DNA of 64,000 bases, taken from positions 6,634,001-6,698,000 of the forward strand of contig NW_027361788.1 in the NCBI RefSeq assembly GCF_039654945.1, written 5' to 3'. Below are positions 24,906 through 38,900 of the stretch, piece after piece. Source of the DNA: Dendrobates tinctorius. Lineage: Eukaryota. The translations under genes were made by a program, and so were the position numbers. Each line of letters opens with the position of its first letter. The stretch's first letter is position 1. The notes under the pieces were generated by a model that worked only from the letters and a program-made list of their open reading frames with translations, searched no databases and was not told the origin of the DNA.

Positions 24906-26567
24906 ACTTGACATGGCCAATTTCTGTTTTTGCATTTTTGTTGTTTTCCTCTCCTTCCCAGAGCCATAACTTTTTTAAAAATGTTTTGCCCACATAGCCA
25001 TATCAGGCCTTTTTTTTTGCAGGAGAAATTATACTTTTAAATTACACCATTCATTTTACCACATTGTGTGCTGGAAAACGGGGGACAAAATTCCTAGTGC
25101 AGAGGAAAAATAGTGAAGAAACTGCAATTCTCACATTTTTTTTTTTTTAATTGTTTTTACGGTGCACATCAGTACAATTAAGGCAATGATAAACATGTCC
25201 ATGCTTATTTTAGTGGTGAAGACACAGAACGGTTTTATTTTTCAGTCAGTGGAGCTGTGTGATGTCTTATTTTTTGCATGACAAGACAACGTTTTTGATA
25301 ACATTTTGAGATGTAATGTTTTGATTGCTTTTTGCAGCATTCTTTGTATTTTTATTACCTTTCTTTGGTTACGGTGTTTACCAATCGAGTTAATAATTTT
25401 TACATTTTGATAAATGAGACTTTTATGAATGCGTTGATACCACATGTGTATTTTTTTCTTTATTTTTAATAAGACAAAAAGGGGGGTGATTTGAATGCTT
25501 TATTTTTTTTATTTTTTTTTTTACTGTTCTGTACACATTTTAGTTCCCTTAGTGATTAAAGCTGTGATCATCAGATCACTTGTATTTATATGGCGATGCC
25601 ACAGCATTGCTGCATATAGTGAAAACCATGGCCCCCTTTGAAGCCTGGCCACAGTTTGTGTTTCAGGGGACCTATGTAATGACAAGCATGGGGTTAGTCA
25701 ACAGACCATCCTGCTGTCATAGTAATCCATCAGCAACCCATTATTACATCATGGGCGTGCTGATGGGTGCATGGAATGTCGTGCTCCCCTGTTTGTGCAG
25801 AGTTTGACAATGACATTTAACAGGTTACCAATCATGCGCTGTGCTTGAACTACCCATGATTGTTAGAGGCAGGGTCCTGGCTGTAATACACAACCATGAC
25901 CTGCTGAATATGGGGCTTTATACACCTGCTACTGACTTGCGCTGTGCATGAAGGGAGGGGTTAGCGGTGCCATCCATGAAGGGGTTAATGATATGCAAAT
26001 GATGGAATGGAAACAAAATTTTCCAAACATCTCGATTTTGTCCAGTATTGCGTATAAGCGCCATGAACAGAAATTCCCGAACTTGTAGCCTTGGTTGCTT
26101 GTTCTTGAGGCTCCCTGTGCAATTTCCCACCAATAACTTCCCAGATGTGCTCAATGGGAGACTAGTCCGGAGACCCCACAATCCATGTTTAGACTGCTTA
26201 CAGAATCACGAGCAACGTGCAGACTGGCGTTGTGTTGGAAAAGTGCTCCTTTGACACTTTGGAACAATCGCTGTAACACGGGTTCTACCACCATCAATGT
26301 AACTTGGAGCTGCTATTGTGCCTGGAATTAAGACTACAGGAATCCAGTTATCGAACATTGACACTGTAGTCCTGAAATAATGATGACCCATATGGCGCTG
26401 CCCACGTGTGGGTTTTTTAAGATTTGAAGGATTGCGCATAGTGATATATTGTGTACTCCAATTAAATGTCACATATCTCTATTTCAAGCATGATTGTTTT
26501 CACACAAACCATCAGAAGCCCTTTGTGCCACATTGTCCTACAAGCCAGATGCCCAGCTACAGGTTCT

Positions 26568-26871
26568 TGTTGGCATATGCAACAGAAATGGACTTATTGT
26601 TTATGTAAAGGAGGACTTTACACTAGCCTGACAGCAGATGGCGATAGTGTGAAGTTAAATGTTTGCTGTATTTTGGGGAGGGAAATTCTCTCTTGTTTTT
26701 GTTACTTTTACTTTCGCTTTTGACTTTATTATACCAGCAGCACGGGCTGTGTGCTTCTGAATTCTTATCTCATGTTTACCCATATGAAGTAAATACTATT
26801 TACTGAAGATACCTTGCTCAGTGAAGCTCTCTGGTGTATCAGTGGATTATCAAAAGATACTCTCTGCTACA
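26568..26871 (+). repeat. Copia 5' LTR
   Basis: Direct repeat of 42245-42515, with about 13 substitutions and two indels counted by eye. Confidence 0.95.
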
Positions 26872-27994
26872 GGTTATGGGTCCAGACACCAAGAACAGGA
26901 GATAGTCCCAGACACCCAGGAGATAAATCCAGGCACCGGAGAAGCAGATAAGATAAAACCCAGTGAACGGAGACTGAAAAAAAAATCCAGATACAGAGGG
27001 ACAAAGGAATTTATGACCCAGGAACTGGAGGACCGCACACTGGAGATCATTACAGAGAATCACCACACACAGGATATACAGGAACTCTCAAGAAGAAAGA
27101 AGAATATCTTCATAAAACAAGTAAGATTATATAAAAATGATGTGCAGCACTTAGCTAAAACTCACAGTAGCTATGCTGAACAGTGAAAATTATCAGTTAT
27201 GGAAATTCAAAGTAGAGATGTTGTTATCTAAACATGATTTATGGGAAGTAATTACTACAGATAGACCTGATGAAGATAATCAGACATGGGATAGAAAGAA
27301 TAGAGAAGCTAGAGCCACCATTAGCTTATTAGTGGATGATGCTCAATTAATACACATAAGAAATGAAGAAACAGCGAAAGGAATGTGGGACGCATTAAGA
27401 AAATTATATGAAAGACCCAGTTTAAATCACAAGCTATTTCTATTAAGAAAGCTTTACAGTATGAGACTGAGTGCAAATGACGACATGCAGAAGCACATAT
27501 TCTCAATGATGGAAGTAATATCACAGCTAAAGTCTATTGGTGAAGACATTAAAGAAAGTCATGTAGCAGAAATATTATTGTGCAGTTTACCAGATTCGTG
27601 TACAGCCTTGATAAATGCCCTAGAGACAAGACCAGAAAAAGACATCACATTAGATTTTGTGAAAACAAGACTAATAGATGAATATCAGAGAAGAAAAGAA
27701 CAGACAAATGATTCCTCTACTGAAAAAGACAGTGGAAACACTCTTAAAGCTACAGAATTTAAAAAACCCTATAATAAAGAGAATGTTTCAGATGTAAGAA
27801 AAAAGGTCATTTAAAGAAAGACTGTACCATATGGAAAGCAGAACAACAAAAAATACAACATAGAGAGCTTACACAGAAAGTGAAAAACACAATTTCCGAT
27901 TCATGTGAGAATAATTGGAATGGCACATTTAATGTAACAGACAAGAAATCATCACTTGGTTTATTAATTCAGGAGCAACGAGTCATATGACAAG

Positions 27995-28801
27995 TGTTAG
28001 GGCTAGCGGAACACACCAAATAATAAAATAATAGTAAGGTGTGTTCGCAGCCCAGGGTCCACCGTGCAGGGGTGGTAAACTGCTGCTTAGTAATGGTGGA
28101 AGTATAAAGCAGTGTACAAAAGCGGTCACAGAACTCTGCCCCAAGGACACAAGGTCAGAGTCCCTCTAGACCTTCTGAGCGCGCGTCGTCGCACCTGTGG
28201 ACGCCACTATAGATGCTGACTATGGATTGACGAGCACGCGCACTGTGGACACTGATGCCTGTCTCAGACTCTGTCCTGCCGACACCTAAGCCTGGGCGCA
28301 TAACAGGCTAGGCTGCACAACACATGGGTACCAAGGGTAGGGGTTTCTTAATGAGTCATTCACCAGAGACATTCATACATGCATACGACACTCACTCCTC
28401 ATAGTCTGATAATGCAGTCCATACTAGCGCATGGCCGAGCGGCCATGCAAACCTTTTATTGCTGCGTCCTTCCGGGGCCTTCCTGACCTTTCTGATGGTC
28501 CAATCCGAACTGGAGGAAGGACCTGAGCATGTGACCACCGATCACCAATGAGAGATCGCCCCACGGGCATGCTCAGTGGACCAAAAGGAGGACTGGAGTA
28601 GGTCGCTGCTGACCAGCATGTTTTGCTATAGCTGGGCCAGAGGTGGCAGCAGCAACCAAACCAACAGAGCTGGTTTGAGCAGAATGCCGGGATCGACGAG
28701 TCTGCTGAGCAGGCTCCTCTGTGGCCGAAGAGGAATGGGAGACCACCGGATGCAAGGCTCGGGACTCCCGCTGTGAAGCTACAGGAACCCGACGCCTAAC
28801 A
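27995..28801. mobile_element. Solo LTR (807 bp) inserted in the Copia protease region
   Basis: TGTTAGG...CCTAACA inverted termini. Flanks ACAAG and ATGAG fit a 5-bp TSD ACGAG after CpG decay. Removing it restores SGATSHMTSDKNFF. Confidence 0.85.
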
Positions 28802-29552
28802 ATGAGTGACAAGAATTTCTTCACTGATATTGATTTAGATAAGAAGGAAGCCATTTATCTTGCAGATGGAAGCAAAATAACCGCAGAAGGTATAGGCCAA
28901 GGTATGATAAACTGTTCAAACAAGTTTGGACAAGATTCAAAGATACTTCTACAGAATGTGTTGTATGTTCCAAAATTGGCAGGCGGATTGTTATCTGTGA
29001 AGCGTTTAACAGCTAAAGGACTCACTGTAAAATTCAAAGACAATGAGTGGCAATTCTAGCAGGAAACAAGGTGATAACCAATGTCAAGGCAGATGAACAA
29101 TTATATCATCTTGACACACCAAAGGAACAGATGAAGGTATGTTCACATGATCACAAGAACTGTATTCATGTGTGGCATGGATATCTATGACACAGACACC
29201 CTGACAGTATAAGGGAACTACAAAGAAAAGAATTGACAAAAGATGTAAAGATATCAGATTGCTCAATTACCGTAAGATGTGAATGTTGCATAAAATCTAA
29301 AGCCACAAGAATGTCTATTCCAAAAGAAAGTGAGATGAAAAGCAAAAGACCACTTGATTTGGTGCATACTGACGTGTGTGGACCCATGCAAGTGACAACA
29401 TCAGGAGGAAATAGATACATGGTGATTTTCATAGTTGACTACTCAAGATACACAGTCACATACTTAATTAAGAATAAAAGTGAAGTTTTTGATAAACTTG
29501 TAGACTATGTAACAAGGTCGAGTAACAGATTTCAAAGGAAACCAATTGTCAT

Positions 29553-30836
29553 TGGGTTGCCCTCTCACACCCAGGGCAGCGGGGTACTCGGTACAGGGCC
29601 AGTGTCAAGGCGAGAATGTGTCACAGCAGCGGTGACCCGGTCTGTGGCCCTGGGCGCCCAATATCAATGGCGGTGATGTTAATGGTGTTAAAGTTTATTA
29701 GAATAGTTCGTGACGCCACCCTTGGTGTTTGGCAAGTAAGATGTTGAGCCATCGCTGCATGCAGATCCGCTGGGACTGATGGTGTGGTGCATCAAAGATA
29801 GTGTTGCTCCCCACAGGTGGAGCTGTAGTCCCTGGGCTGTCTAGGTGCAATGTATGCGGAGAGGAGCAGAATGGTATAGATGTTGCTACCCAGGTGTAGC
29901 GGTGCTGGAATAACTGGAGGACATCAGGGTGTGCGGTTCCAAGGCTTTACTTACTGTTTGCAGTTCACACACACGCCGCCTCCGTACTGTGCTCTCCAGG
30001 TCAGGGCTCCAGCCAACCTCCAGGCCAGATAGGGTTCTCCCTTCCACACTCCGCCAATATGTACCTTCACTGAACGACTCCTCCAATGCACATTTAGGTG
30101 TGAAGCACTCCAGTACTTAGTTACCCTGGAATGCCTCTCTCTAGGTGTTCCTAGTCTCTACTTGTATGACAAACAGCTGTAGCCTGCTTCGGGGACTCCT
30201 CACTGCGTCCCGGCTCTCTATTCAGTTGCTGTTGTGTCCCAAGTCTATGATGGGAGCAAGGCGTTAGCGGCTCACTACTCCTCCGGTGTCTGTTGCCAAA
30301 CATAAAGATCCAATCAACCTTGGGGACCGGGCCCCGGCCTTTGCGCTCTGGACTGGAAGGGTTCTCTATCTTTCTTCAACCAGCTTCCCACTGTCCTTCT
30401 ATTCTCCTTCGTTCCGATCTGTTCTCTCTCTCTTATGGTTATCAATCTTATCAGTCTCTTTCTCTGGTCTTTCTCGTGTCAGCAGCCCAGATCACTGGGA
30501 CCTGCTGCAGCACGTCCTTCAGACACCCATCTTCTCTCTTCTCTCTCCAACTAACCAACCACCAACCAACCTCTAACTCTCACTCTTCCCACTCTTTTAT
30601 ATCATCTCACTCCACCCGCCTCCCAGCACATCTCGTGTTACGAAGTAGGGTTCCACGAGGGGTGCTCTGCTAACCCCCAGCCTGAAGCTGTTAGGTGGCC
30701 CCACTGAACTATCCTGTGTGAGGAATGCAGGTGTCGAGTGTGGTCAGGAGTTCCCACCTTACCTGGATGGTGGGGCACTACACCTTAGGAGAAGGTGAAG
30801 TACCTCTGTGGCGACTGAAGCCTCAGGGGCGCCACA
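29553..30836. mobile_element. Solo LTR (1284 bp, Gypsy-like) inserted in the Copia integrase
   Basis: TGGGTTGCCC...GGGCGCCACA termini, 4-bp TSD TCAT (29549-52, 30837-40). Removing it restores RKPIVIRSDNGGEF. Confidence 0.88.
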
Positions 30837-32817
30837 TCATCAGAAGTGATAATGGAGGTGAATTTACAGGTGACAACATAGAAAACTACTTAAGACAGAA
30901 TGGAATAGAACACCAGAAAACTGTTCCGTACACACCTGAACAAAATGGAGTAGCAGAAAGGAAAAACAGAACTCTGACAGAAATGATGAGATGTATGCTG
31001 ACAGATTCCAAAGTACCAGAGAAATATTGGGGTGAGGCAGCAATGACAGCTGCATATCTACAGAACAGACTTTTTTTCAGAAAACTGAAGAAAACTCCAT
31101 ATAAACTGTGGCAAGGTATGAAACCAAGTGTCAATCATTTAAAAGTTTTTGGATGTAAAGTTTTTGTATTCATTCCAACATAAAAACGTTCCAAACTTCA
31201 AAACAGATCCATGGAGGGAATATTTGTTGGATATAGTGAAAATTGCAAGGGATACAGAATCCTAGATCCCAAAACAGACAGAGTCATGGTAACAGTGTGA
31301 CATTCATTGAGGATCTAAATGAAGACACTATGATTTCAATTGACTCAAGAAGTATCTGATGAGAAAGTAGTTGAAATTGATGAAGAACAAAATACTGAAA
31401 ATGAAGAAATACAACTACAAACAGACACAGAACCAAGACGTTCAATGAGAGAGAACAAAGGTAAACCACCAAAACGTCTCTCATACAAGACAAGCACAAG
31501 TAAAATTTATGAACCTACATCTTCTGAAGCCATATCTAAACTCCCTAAAGAAGAAGCTAATAAATGGATAGAAGCAACAGAAATGAAATCCATGCATGAC
31601 TCAAATACATGGACACTGACAGATTTGCCAGAAGGAAGAAAAGCCATAAGATGTAAATGGATTTTTAAAGTAAAATACCAAACAGATGGCACACCTGAGA
31701 GATACCGAGCAAGACTCGTAGCTAAAGGGTATTCTCAAAAATATGGAGAAGACTATGATGAGACATTTGCTCCAGTTGTCAAGAATACGACAATAAGAAC
31801 TTTACTTACAGTTGCAGCAATGAAACAGATGGAACTGATACATCTGGATGTAAAGACAGCATTTTTGAATGGAGATTTAACAGAAGACATTTACATGGAG
31901 CAACCTCCAGGATTCAAAGATTAAATAAACTCAAACAAAGTTTGCAAACTACAGAAAACCATATATGGTTTAAAGCAAGCAGCTAAAACATGGAATGACA
32001 AAATCACGGAAGTGCTTACAAATGAAAATTTTCAAAGAAGCTAAGCTGATCCATGCTTGTACACAAAAAGGCTGATGAATAGATGGATTTATGTACTCAT
32101 ATATGTAGACGACATTTTGATTTGTTCTAAACAAGAAAGGGATAAAGAAAACATTCTAAAAGTCCTCAAGCAACATTTTGAAATCAAAGACTTGGGAAAT
32201 GTGAAACAGTACCTAGGAATACAGATAGAAAGAGAAGAAGATGGAAGTTTCCTACTGAATCAAAATCACATGATTCAAGACATAACAGAAAAATTTGGAT
32301 TGAAGGATGCAAAAACAGTAAAGTCTCCAATGGAAACTAATCTTAAAGAGATGAATAGTGAGAAAAATATGCTACCAAATAATGAAGAATACAGAACAGC
32401 AATAGGAAAGCTACTGTATCTAGCAACTGTAACAAGGCCAGACATCACAGCAGCAGTAGGAATCCTGAGTAGAAAGGTGTCAAAACTAGAGATGAGCAAC
32501 TTTGCCTTTTTTAGGGTCGAGTCGGGTTTCATGAAACCCGACATTTGCAAAAGTCAGGTGGAACGAAATCGGCCGACTATAGGGAAAAGTCGGAGGCCGA
32601 CTGAAACACGAAACCCAATGCAAGTCAATGGGGAAGCAAAGTCGGCAGGGAGTGGAGGACAGTAAACACACCTACAGTGCCCATTTCAATGCCAAAAACA
32701 TCAATTCTTATTAGTGAAGCTTGTCAACCTTAATTTACTTCATAATAATAGTTACGCATTGAAAACTGGGGGTTATTTGGCTAAAGTTGTGGCGGTGTAG
32801 GGCTGGCTCCAGGTTTG

Positions 32818-33595
32818 CATGTGCCCTGGGCCAAAGACTGTCACTGCGCCCCTTTAACACATACCACAACTCATGATGCTCTGATACGGCACAGAAATAT
32901 AGGCATAGTACAATGGCAAATACTTCACTGCTTACATGACTGATCTATTTTAAATTGTACAATAGCTCAAAAAAGGACAGTATATTACTCCATACAGTAT
33001 TATGGCCACCACATTGTGCGCAATACAGAATAATGAGCCCATATATTTCTCCATACAGAATAATTGGTCACATATAATGTTCCATACAGTATATGATGAG
33101 CTCCATATAATGCTACAGTATATGATGGTCACTATGGATGATGCTCCAGTGTGTTATGGAACCAAATAATGCTCCATATATAATGGGCCCCATTTCTAAT
33201 GCTCCAGTGTATAATGTGCCCCATAGATGCTGCTCCAGTGTCTGATCTGCCCCATTTATAATGCTCCAGTATATGATGGGCCTCATGGATAATGCTCCAG
33301 TGTATGATGGGCCCAAATAATGCTCCATATATAATGGGCCCCATTTCTAATGCTCCAGTGTATAATGTGCCCCATAGATGCTGCTCCAGTATCTGATCTG
33401 CCCCATTTATAATGCTTCAGTATATGATGGGCCTCATGGATGATGCTCCAGTGTATGATGGGCCCAAATAATGCTCCATATATAATGGGCCCCATTTCTA
33501 ATGCTCCAGTGTATAATGGGCCCCATAAATGCTGCTCCAGTGTCTGTTGTCCCCCATTTGGAATGCTCCAGTATATGATGGGCCTCATTTTTAAT
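32818..33595. repeat. Nested MITE-like fragment with about 30-bp subunits in a 151-bp higher-order repeat
   Basis: Starts TAGGGCTGGCTCCAGG. ATAATGCTCCAGTGTATGATGGGCC-type units. Near-identical translations recur with a 151-nt offset (track ORFs ending 33132, 33283, 33434). About three higher-order copies at 33135-33590. Confidence 0.8.
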
Positions 33596-33597
33596 TA

Positions 33598-34970
33598 TCC
33601 CAGGCATGGTATATGAAAAGAGCTCCATGGAGTAATCCGAAGTGTGTGCTGCCGCATCCTTCACTTTTGGTGTGGGTGAAGGACACAAGGAAAGGGGTTG
33701 CTCCTGACCAGAAGTCTGCACTGATGACTCAGTGCTTGCATTTTTTTAAACTTCAGAAGAGGAGGTGATAGAGCTGGAGGCTGTTTCAGCAATGAAAGCC
33801 AAAAACAGTTCCTGATGCTCCGGCTTTAAAAGCAGTCTACCTACTCCCAGAAAAGGGAACCAAGTTACAGGCCATCCGGAGTTACACCATGATGCAGGCT
33901 CAACACCTCCTGCCTTAGCTGCTATTGTGTTTTTGGCACTACCTGCAGATGCACCACCACCACCATCAGTACCAGGTGGCCCCCCACGCCCACGTCCGCG
34001 TCCTCTTCCACCTTACTTCCTCATGTTTTGGAAAATGGACCCAAAATACCAGCAGATATATTGTACTGTATCAGAAGCGTACAGCTCTATACAGTCTAGG
34101 GATAACAGTAAATCTCCGTACATATGTGATGAGTCATACACAGATGCTCACAGGCTCAGTATGGCTTACACAATAAAATAAAAAGTTGAAAAAGGGTACA
34201 GTATCACTAGATACAAGGTATATATAGTATAGTGTAAACATTATGAATCTCCATATATATTTCAGGAGGCAGACACAAACGCTCTCAGGCCCAGTAAGAA
34301 TTACACAAGAATATGAAAAGCTGTAAATGGGTAATGTAACACAAGCGTACAGCTGTATACAGTGTTGGGGTAATCTTAAAGCTCCAAATATATTTTCGGA
34401 GTAACAGACAGACGTTCACAGGCTCATTATGGATTACACCAGAATCTAAATAGCAAAAAAGGTTACTGTATCAGAAGGGTACAGCTGTATACAGTGTTGG
34501 CCAAATTTGAAATCTCGGTATATATTTCCGGAGTCACCCTCAGACGCTCACTCAGTCTGGGCTTGACCATAATAAAAAATGTTGTAAAAAAGGTACTGGA
34601 TAACAAGATAGCAAGTATATATATTATAAGGTACAATTGAAATCTCCGTATATATAGTCCCGTAGTCACGCTCAGACGCTTACTCAATAAGGATTTGACC
34701 GTAATACTAAATGTCGAACAAAGGTACTGTATAACAAGATACAAGCTGTATCGAGTATAGGGTAAAAATTGGTATCTCCGATTCACCGTATATATAGAAG
34801 GCATAAACCACACACGCTCACTCACTATGGATGATACCATAATAAAAAATTTTGAGCAAAGGTACTGTATCAGCACATACCAGGAAAAGAAAAAGGGAAA
34901 GTTATTCGAAGCGTACAACAGTAAACAGTGTTGTGGTACTTTTAAATCTACGTATATATTTCAATCTCAG
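33598..34970 (-). mobile_element. Diverged second copy of the hAT 5' region (transposase N-terminus plus about 120-130-bp repeats)
   Basis: 33598-34024 aligns with 39516-39936 (MRK.GGRG...LLKPEHQE...KVKDAAAHTSDYSMELFS). Upstream degenerate repeats (GTACTGTATCAGAAGCGTACAGCT) resemble those at 39970-41050. Confidence 0.85.
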
Positions 34971-34974
34971 TAAG

Positions 34975-35570
34975 CCAGTCCAGACTCTCCGCTACTGGAA
35001 ACTACATGGATACAAGTACAGACGGAAAGTTGAGTGTTAGCAGAAATTTGGGAATTACTCATCACGGGAAAACCTCCCAGTAGATGTTGCAGAGGCGAGG
35101 CAGACCCTCAATTACTGTGTCTGTTGAGACAGCGAAAACCGTTCTTTGTGAAGAAAGGATTGCTTTATCGCAGTAGTGTGGATCACATCACCGTTACTCA
35201 TCTCCATCAAATTGTGATCACGCGGAGAGATGTACCCATGGTCCTCACTGCCTATCATGATGTGTCTGGTCATTTTGGAGTGCAAAAGACAGAAGCCACA
35301 GGCCATAGGCGATTCTATTGGATTGGCATAAGAGGAGACATTGAAAAATGGTGGCAGGAATGTCACACATCTGTGACTATCACAACTATGAAAGGTGATC
35401 ATAAAGCACCACTGCATCCGCTTGTAAGTTGACATCCATTACAAATGGTAGCCATTGATCATCTGAAGGTAGAGGCCAGCAGGACAGGCCATAGCTACAT
35501 CTTAACCATCATCGATCAATACACCAAATTTCTAGTGGCTGTCCCTGTGAAGGATTTAACTGGCCAGACT
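34975..35570 (+). mobile_element. Gypsy integrase fragment without LTRs
   Basis: AYHDVSGHFGVQKT...RRFYWIGIRGDIEKWWQEC (zinc-binding domain), then APLHPLVS*HPLQMVAIDHL...YILTIIDQYTKFLVAVPVKD (start of the rve core). Confidence 0.88.
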
Positions 35571-35984
35571 ACACAGCGGTGGAGCAGGGAGAGGTAAGTA
35601 TTGCAACTTGCAAGTGCTGTGGCCATGACCAAGCAGGGGGGGCACACTTGTGGGCAATGGTACTGGCACAGGGCTCCTCATAGTACGCTGGTGTGTCTGA
35701 CGGCGAGTGGGCCCCCCCGTCAGAGACACTGTATTGTACTATGAGGGGCCCTGTGCCAGTGCCGTCGACCATCAGTGGGCCCATCCACCTTTTCAGAGCA
35801 ACGGCACTTGCCTGGGTGCGCCAGATGCTGACCCCAGCCCTTGGGGGGGTGGGCAGCCCAGTTAGGGAGGTTTAAAAAATGGCATATGTTGATGTGTAGG
35901 CTGGACATTCAGCTGCTGCAAGTGGCAGAATTGGGCAAGTCTGAGGAAGAGGAGGACAAAAGCAAGGCAGTTTTCTGGCAACCT

Positions 35985-38900
35985 ATGTGTCATCAGGGGA
36001 AGGTGGCACAAAATCCTTTGAAACCCATGCATGGTTCATTTTAACGAAGGTTAGATCATCAACATTTTGGGTCGACAGACGGGTCCTTTATTCTGTCAGG
36101 ATTGATCCAGCAGCACTGAAGACTCTTTCAGATAACACACTAGCAGCAGGGCAAGCCAGCTCCTGTAAGGCATAGTGTGCCTGACGAAGCCACCTAGAGT
36201 GGAGACACGCGTCGGGTCCCTCCACTCCGCCTGCTCCACTCCACTCCACATGGGTTTTGTATTTTGCTGATTTGCATATGTGCTGACTATTGAGGGCAGC
36301 TATCTTTGCCTTTTTGACCCCCTCTAGCCCCTAATGGTTTTGATTATGTGGGTTATCTGTATACTACATGCCTGACCTAAGTTTGGGGTATCTATATTCT
36401 CAAAGGTGGTTTACTTAGATTGCATTGCCTTTATCTTTCATGTACTCTATTTGAACAAGACATTCTTTGGGCTATGTTATTCTATGTATGGTAATCTATG
36501 CTATCAGTGTTTACCCCTTTTTCGGCTGGAAATTCATTCCCCACTATAATTACATATTGTTTATTTCTCTAACTCATGTATGGTTCAATGTTTCTATTTG
36601 TGGGTATATATACCTTTTATTTGCGGATGCTGTTTACGGACCTAGGGTTATATGTATTATTCCCGGGGGGGGGGGGGGTGTTTTGGTAGCAGGTGGTCAT
36701 GCTCTATTATGAGTGCTGTGTAATTTGTGCATGTGTCACATGTGTGACCATTTTTTAAAGTTTTTAACATTTTCTGTGTCTGTTTCTCTGTGTCCAATAA
36801 AATTTGTATTTTATATGCTATTTCCTGCCCAGGGTGATCCCCTGTTTGTGGCCTATTTCTTTTTTATTTTTTGTTAATTACTTGCAGTGGTATAGGTCAA
36901 GATTGGATCCCCTTAAATAGTTCGGAGGTGCCCCCGTTCTTTGGCTTCTACTTCCAATATTATGTCTAGGTTCTCCTGTGGCATGATGTTGTGTAATTTG
37001 CCTTTGTAGCGTGGATCGCGGATGCTGGCCAGCCAGTAGTCATCATCCCTCATCATTTTGGCAATGCGGGGGTCCCTTTTTAGGATCTGCAAGGCATAAT
37101 CGTACATGTGGGCCAATGTTCCATGTGTCAATAATGCACTGCCACTGCTGGGTGGAGGAGCACTTTCTGGCAAATCCACATCCCTACAGTCATGCACAAA
37201 CACTGTACCTGACCTTGGAACGCCAACATTTTCTCTTGCCCCCTGAGAAGCATCCTCCTGCCCAAAATAATCATCCCCCTCATCCTCTTTCTCTTCTTCC
37301 TCCACCTCATCCAGGACAGTTCCCTGACCAGACAATGGCTGACTGTCAGCAAGGCTTCCCTCCTCCTCCTCCTGTTCCTCCTCCACTGCAGACGCCAGAT
37401 CCTTAATGTGCATCAAACTTTGCATGAGCAGACGCGTAAGTGGGATGCTCATGCTTATGATGGCGTCATCTGCGCTTACCAGCCGTGTGCATTCCTCAAA
37501 ACACTGAAGGACTTTAGAGAGGTCTTTCAGCTTTGACCACTGCACACCTGACAATTCCATGTCTTCCCTCAAACTGCCTACCCGTGTATCCTCCCACAAA
37601 TGCATTACAGCCTGCCTCTGTTCGCACAGCCTCTCAACCATGTGCAGGGTGGAGTTCCACCTTGTTGCAACGTCTATGATTAGGCGGTGCTTGGGGAGGT
37701 GGAGCAATCGCTGCAGCTTCTGCATATGAGTGGAGTGGACGTTTGAGCGACGGATGTGTGAGCACAGTCTTCGCACCTTATGGAGCAGGGATGTTAACTC
37801 TGGATAATTTTTAAGGAAGCACTGCACCACAAGGTTCAAAGTGTGAGCCAGGAAAGGTATGTGTGTGAGTTTTGCACAGGCTATGGCTGCCACAAAATTA
37901 CGGCCATTATCACTGACTACCTTGCCTGGCTCAAGATGTAGAGTGCCCAGCCATGACTCAGTTTGTCGCTGCAAGTAGTCGGCCAGTACCTCCACGGTGT
38001 GTCTGTTGTCGCCCAAAGACATCATCTTTAACACAGCCTGCTGACACTTACAACTAGCTGTTCGATAATGGGACACCTCATGTGCAACACTGCCAGCTGC
38101 GGATGGAGTGCTCGTGCGACGGCGCTCTGTGGACGAGCTTTTGCTTATGGAGGAGGAGGGTCGAAAGCCTTCAGCCAACTGTTTCCTATACCGTGGGCTA
38201 GGCAGCATTGTACCACCGCCACTGTCCCCTGTGGAGCCTGCATCCACCACATTAATCCAGTGCACAGTGATGGACACGTAACGGCCTTGGCCATGCCTAC
38301 TGGACCATGCATCTGTTGTGAGGTGCACCTTTCCACTCACTGATTGCTTGAGTGCATGGACAATGCAGTCTTTCACATGCAGGTGGAGGGCTGGGATGGC
38401 TTTTCGAGAAAAAAAGTGCCGACTGGGTAGGTCATAGCGTGGGACGGCGTAGGCCATGAGCTCACGGAAAGCTTCGCTTTCAACCAAACGGTAGGGCATC
38501 ATCTCTAATGAGATTAGTTTGGCGTTCAAACACAATGTACGCGGATGAGAGGATGAGTACTTTCTTGTCCTACTCAGAGTGTCTGGTAGGGTGAGCTGGA
38601 CGGGAGAGCTGCATATGGGGGAAGTAGTGGTGGACCAGACGGAGTGAGAGGGGGTTGGTGATGGTATTGGTGGTGATGGCCTAGATTCAGTGTTGTGTTG
38701 CAAAACCATTGTGATTCCCTGAGTGCTTTGGCCTTGCAACGACACCTCAACATTTAGTGCTGGTGGTGTGCTTAATGGTGGCGGTGGTCTGACAGTTGGG
38801 GAAGTGATGGAGCGTTGCTGGCTACCTTCAGTCGGAGCAGGTGCACATGTGCTACCTTAGGTTTTGTAGTCCGTCCACGCTTGCAAGTGCATGTTGAATA

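Larger units (their letters stand above)
22936..25984. mobile_element. piggyBac-like non-autonomous TTAA element, interrupted by Penelope-type and CR1 insertions
   Basis: TTAA-CCCCTT at 22932 and AAGGGG-TTAA at 25979-25988. Body resumes at about 24910 (GACATGGCCAATTT...) and resembles the element at 62932-64000. Confidence 0.6.
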
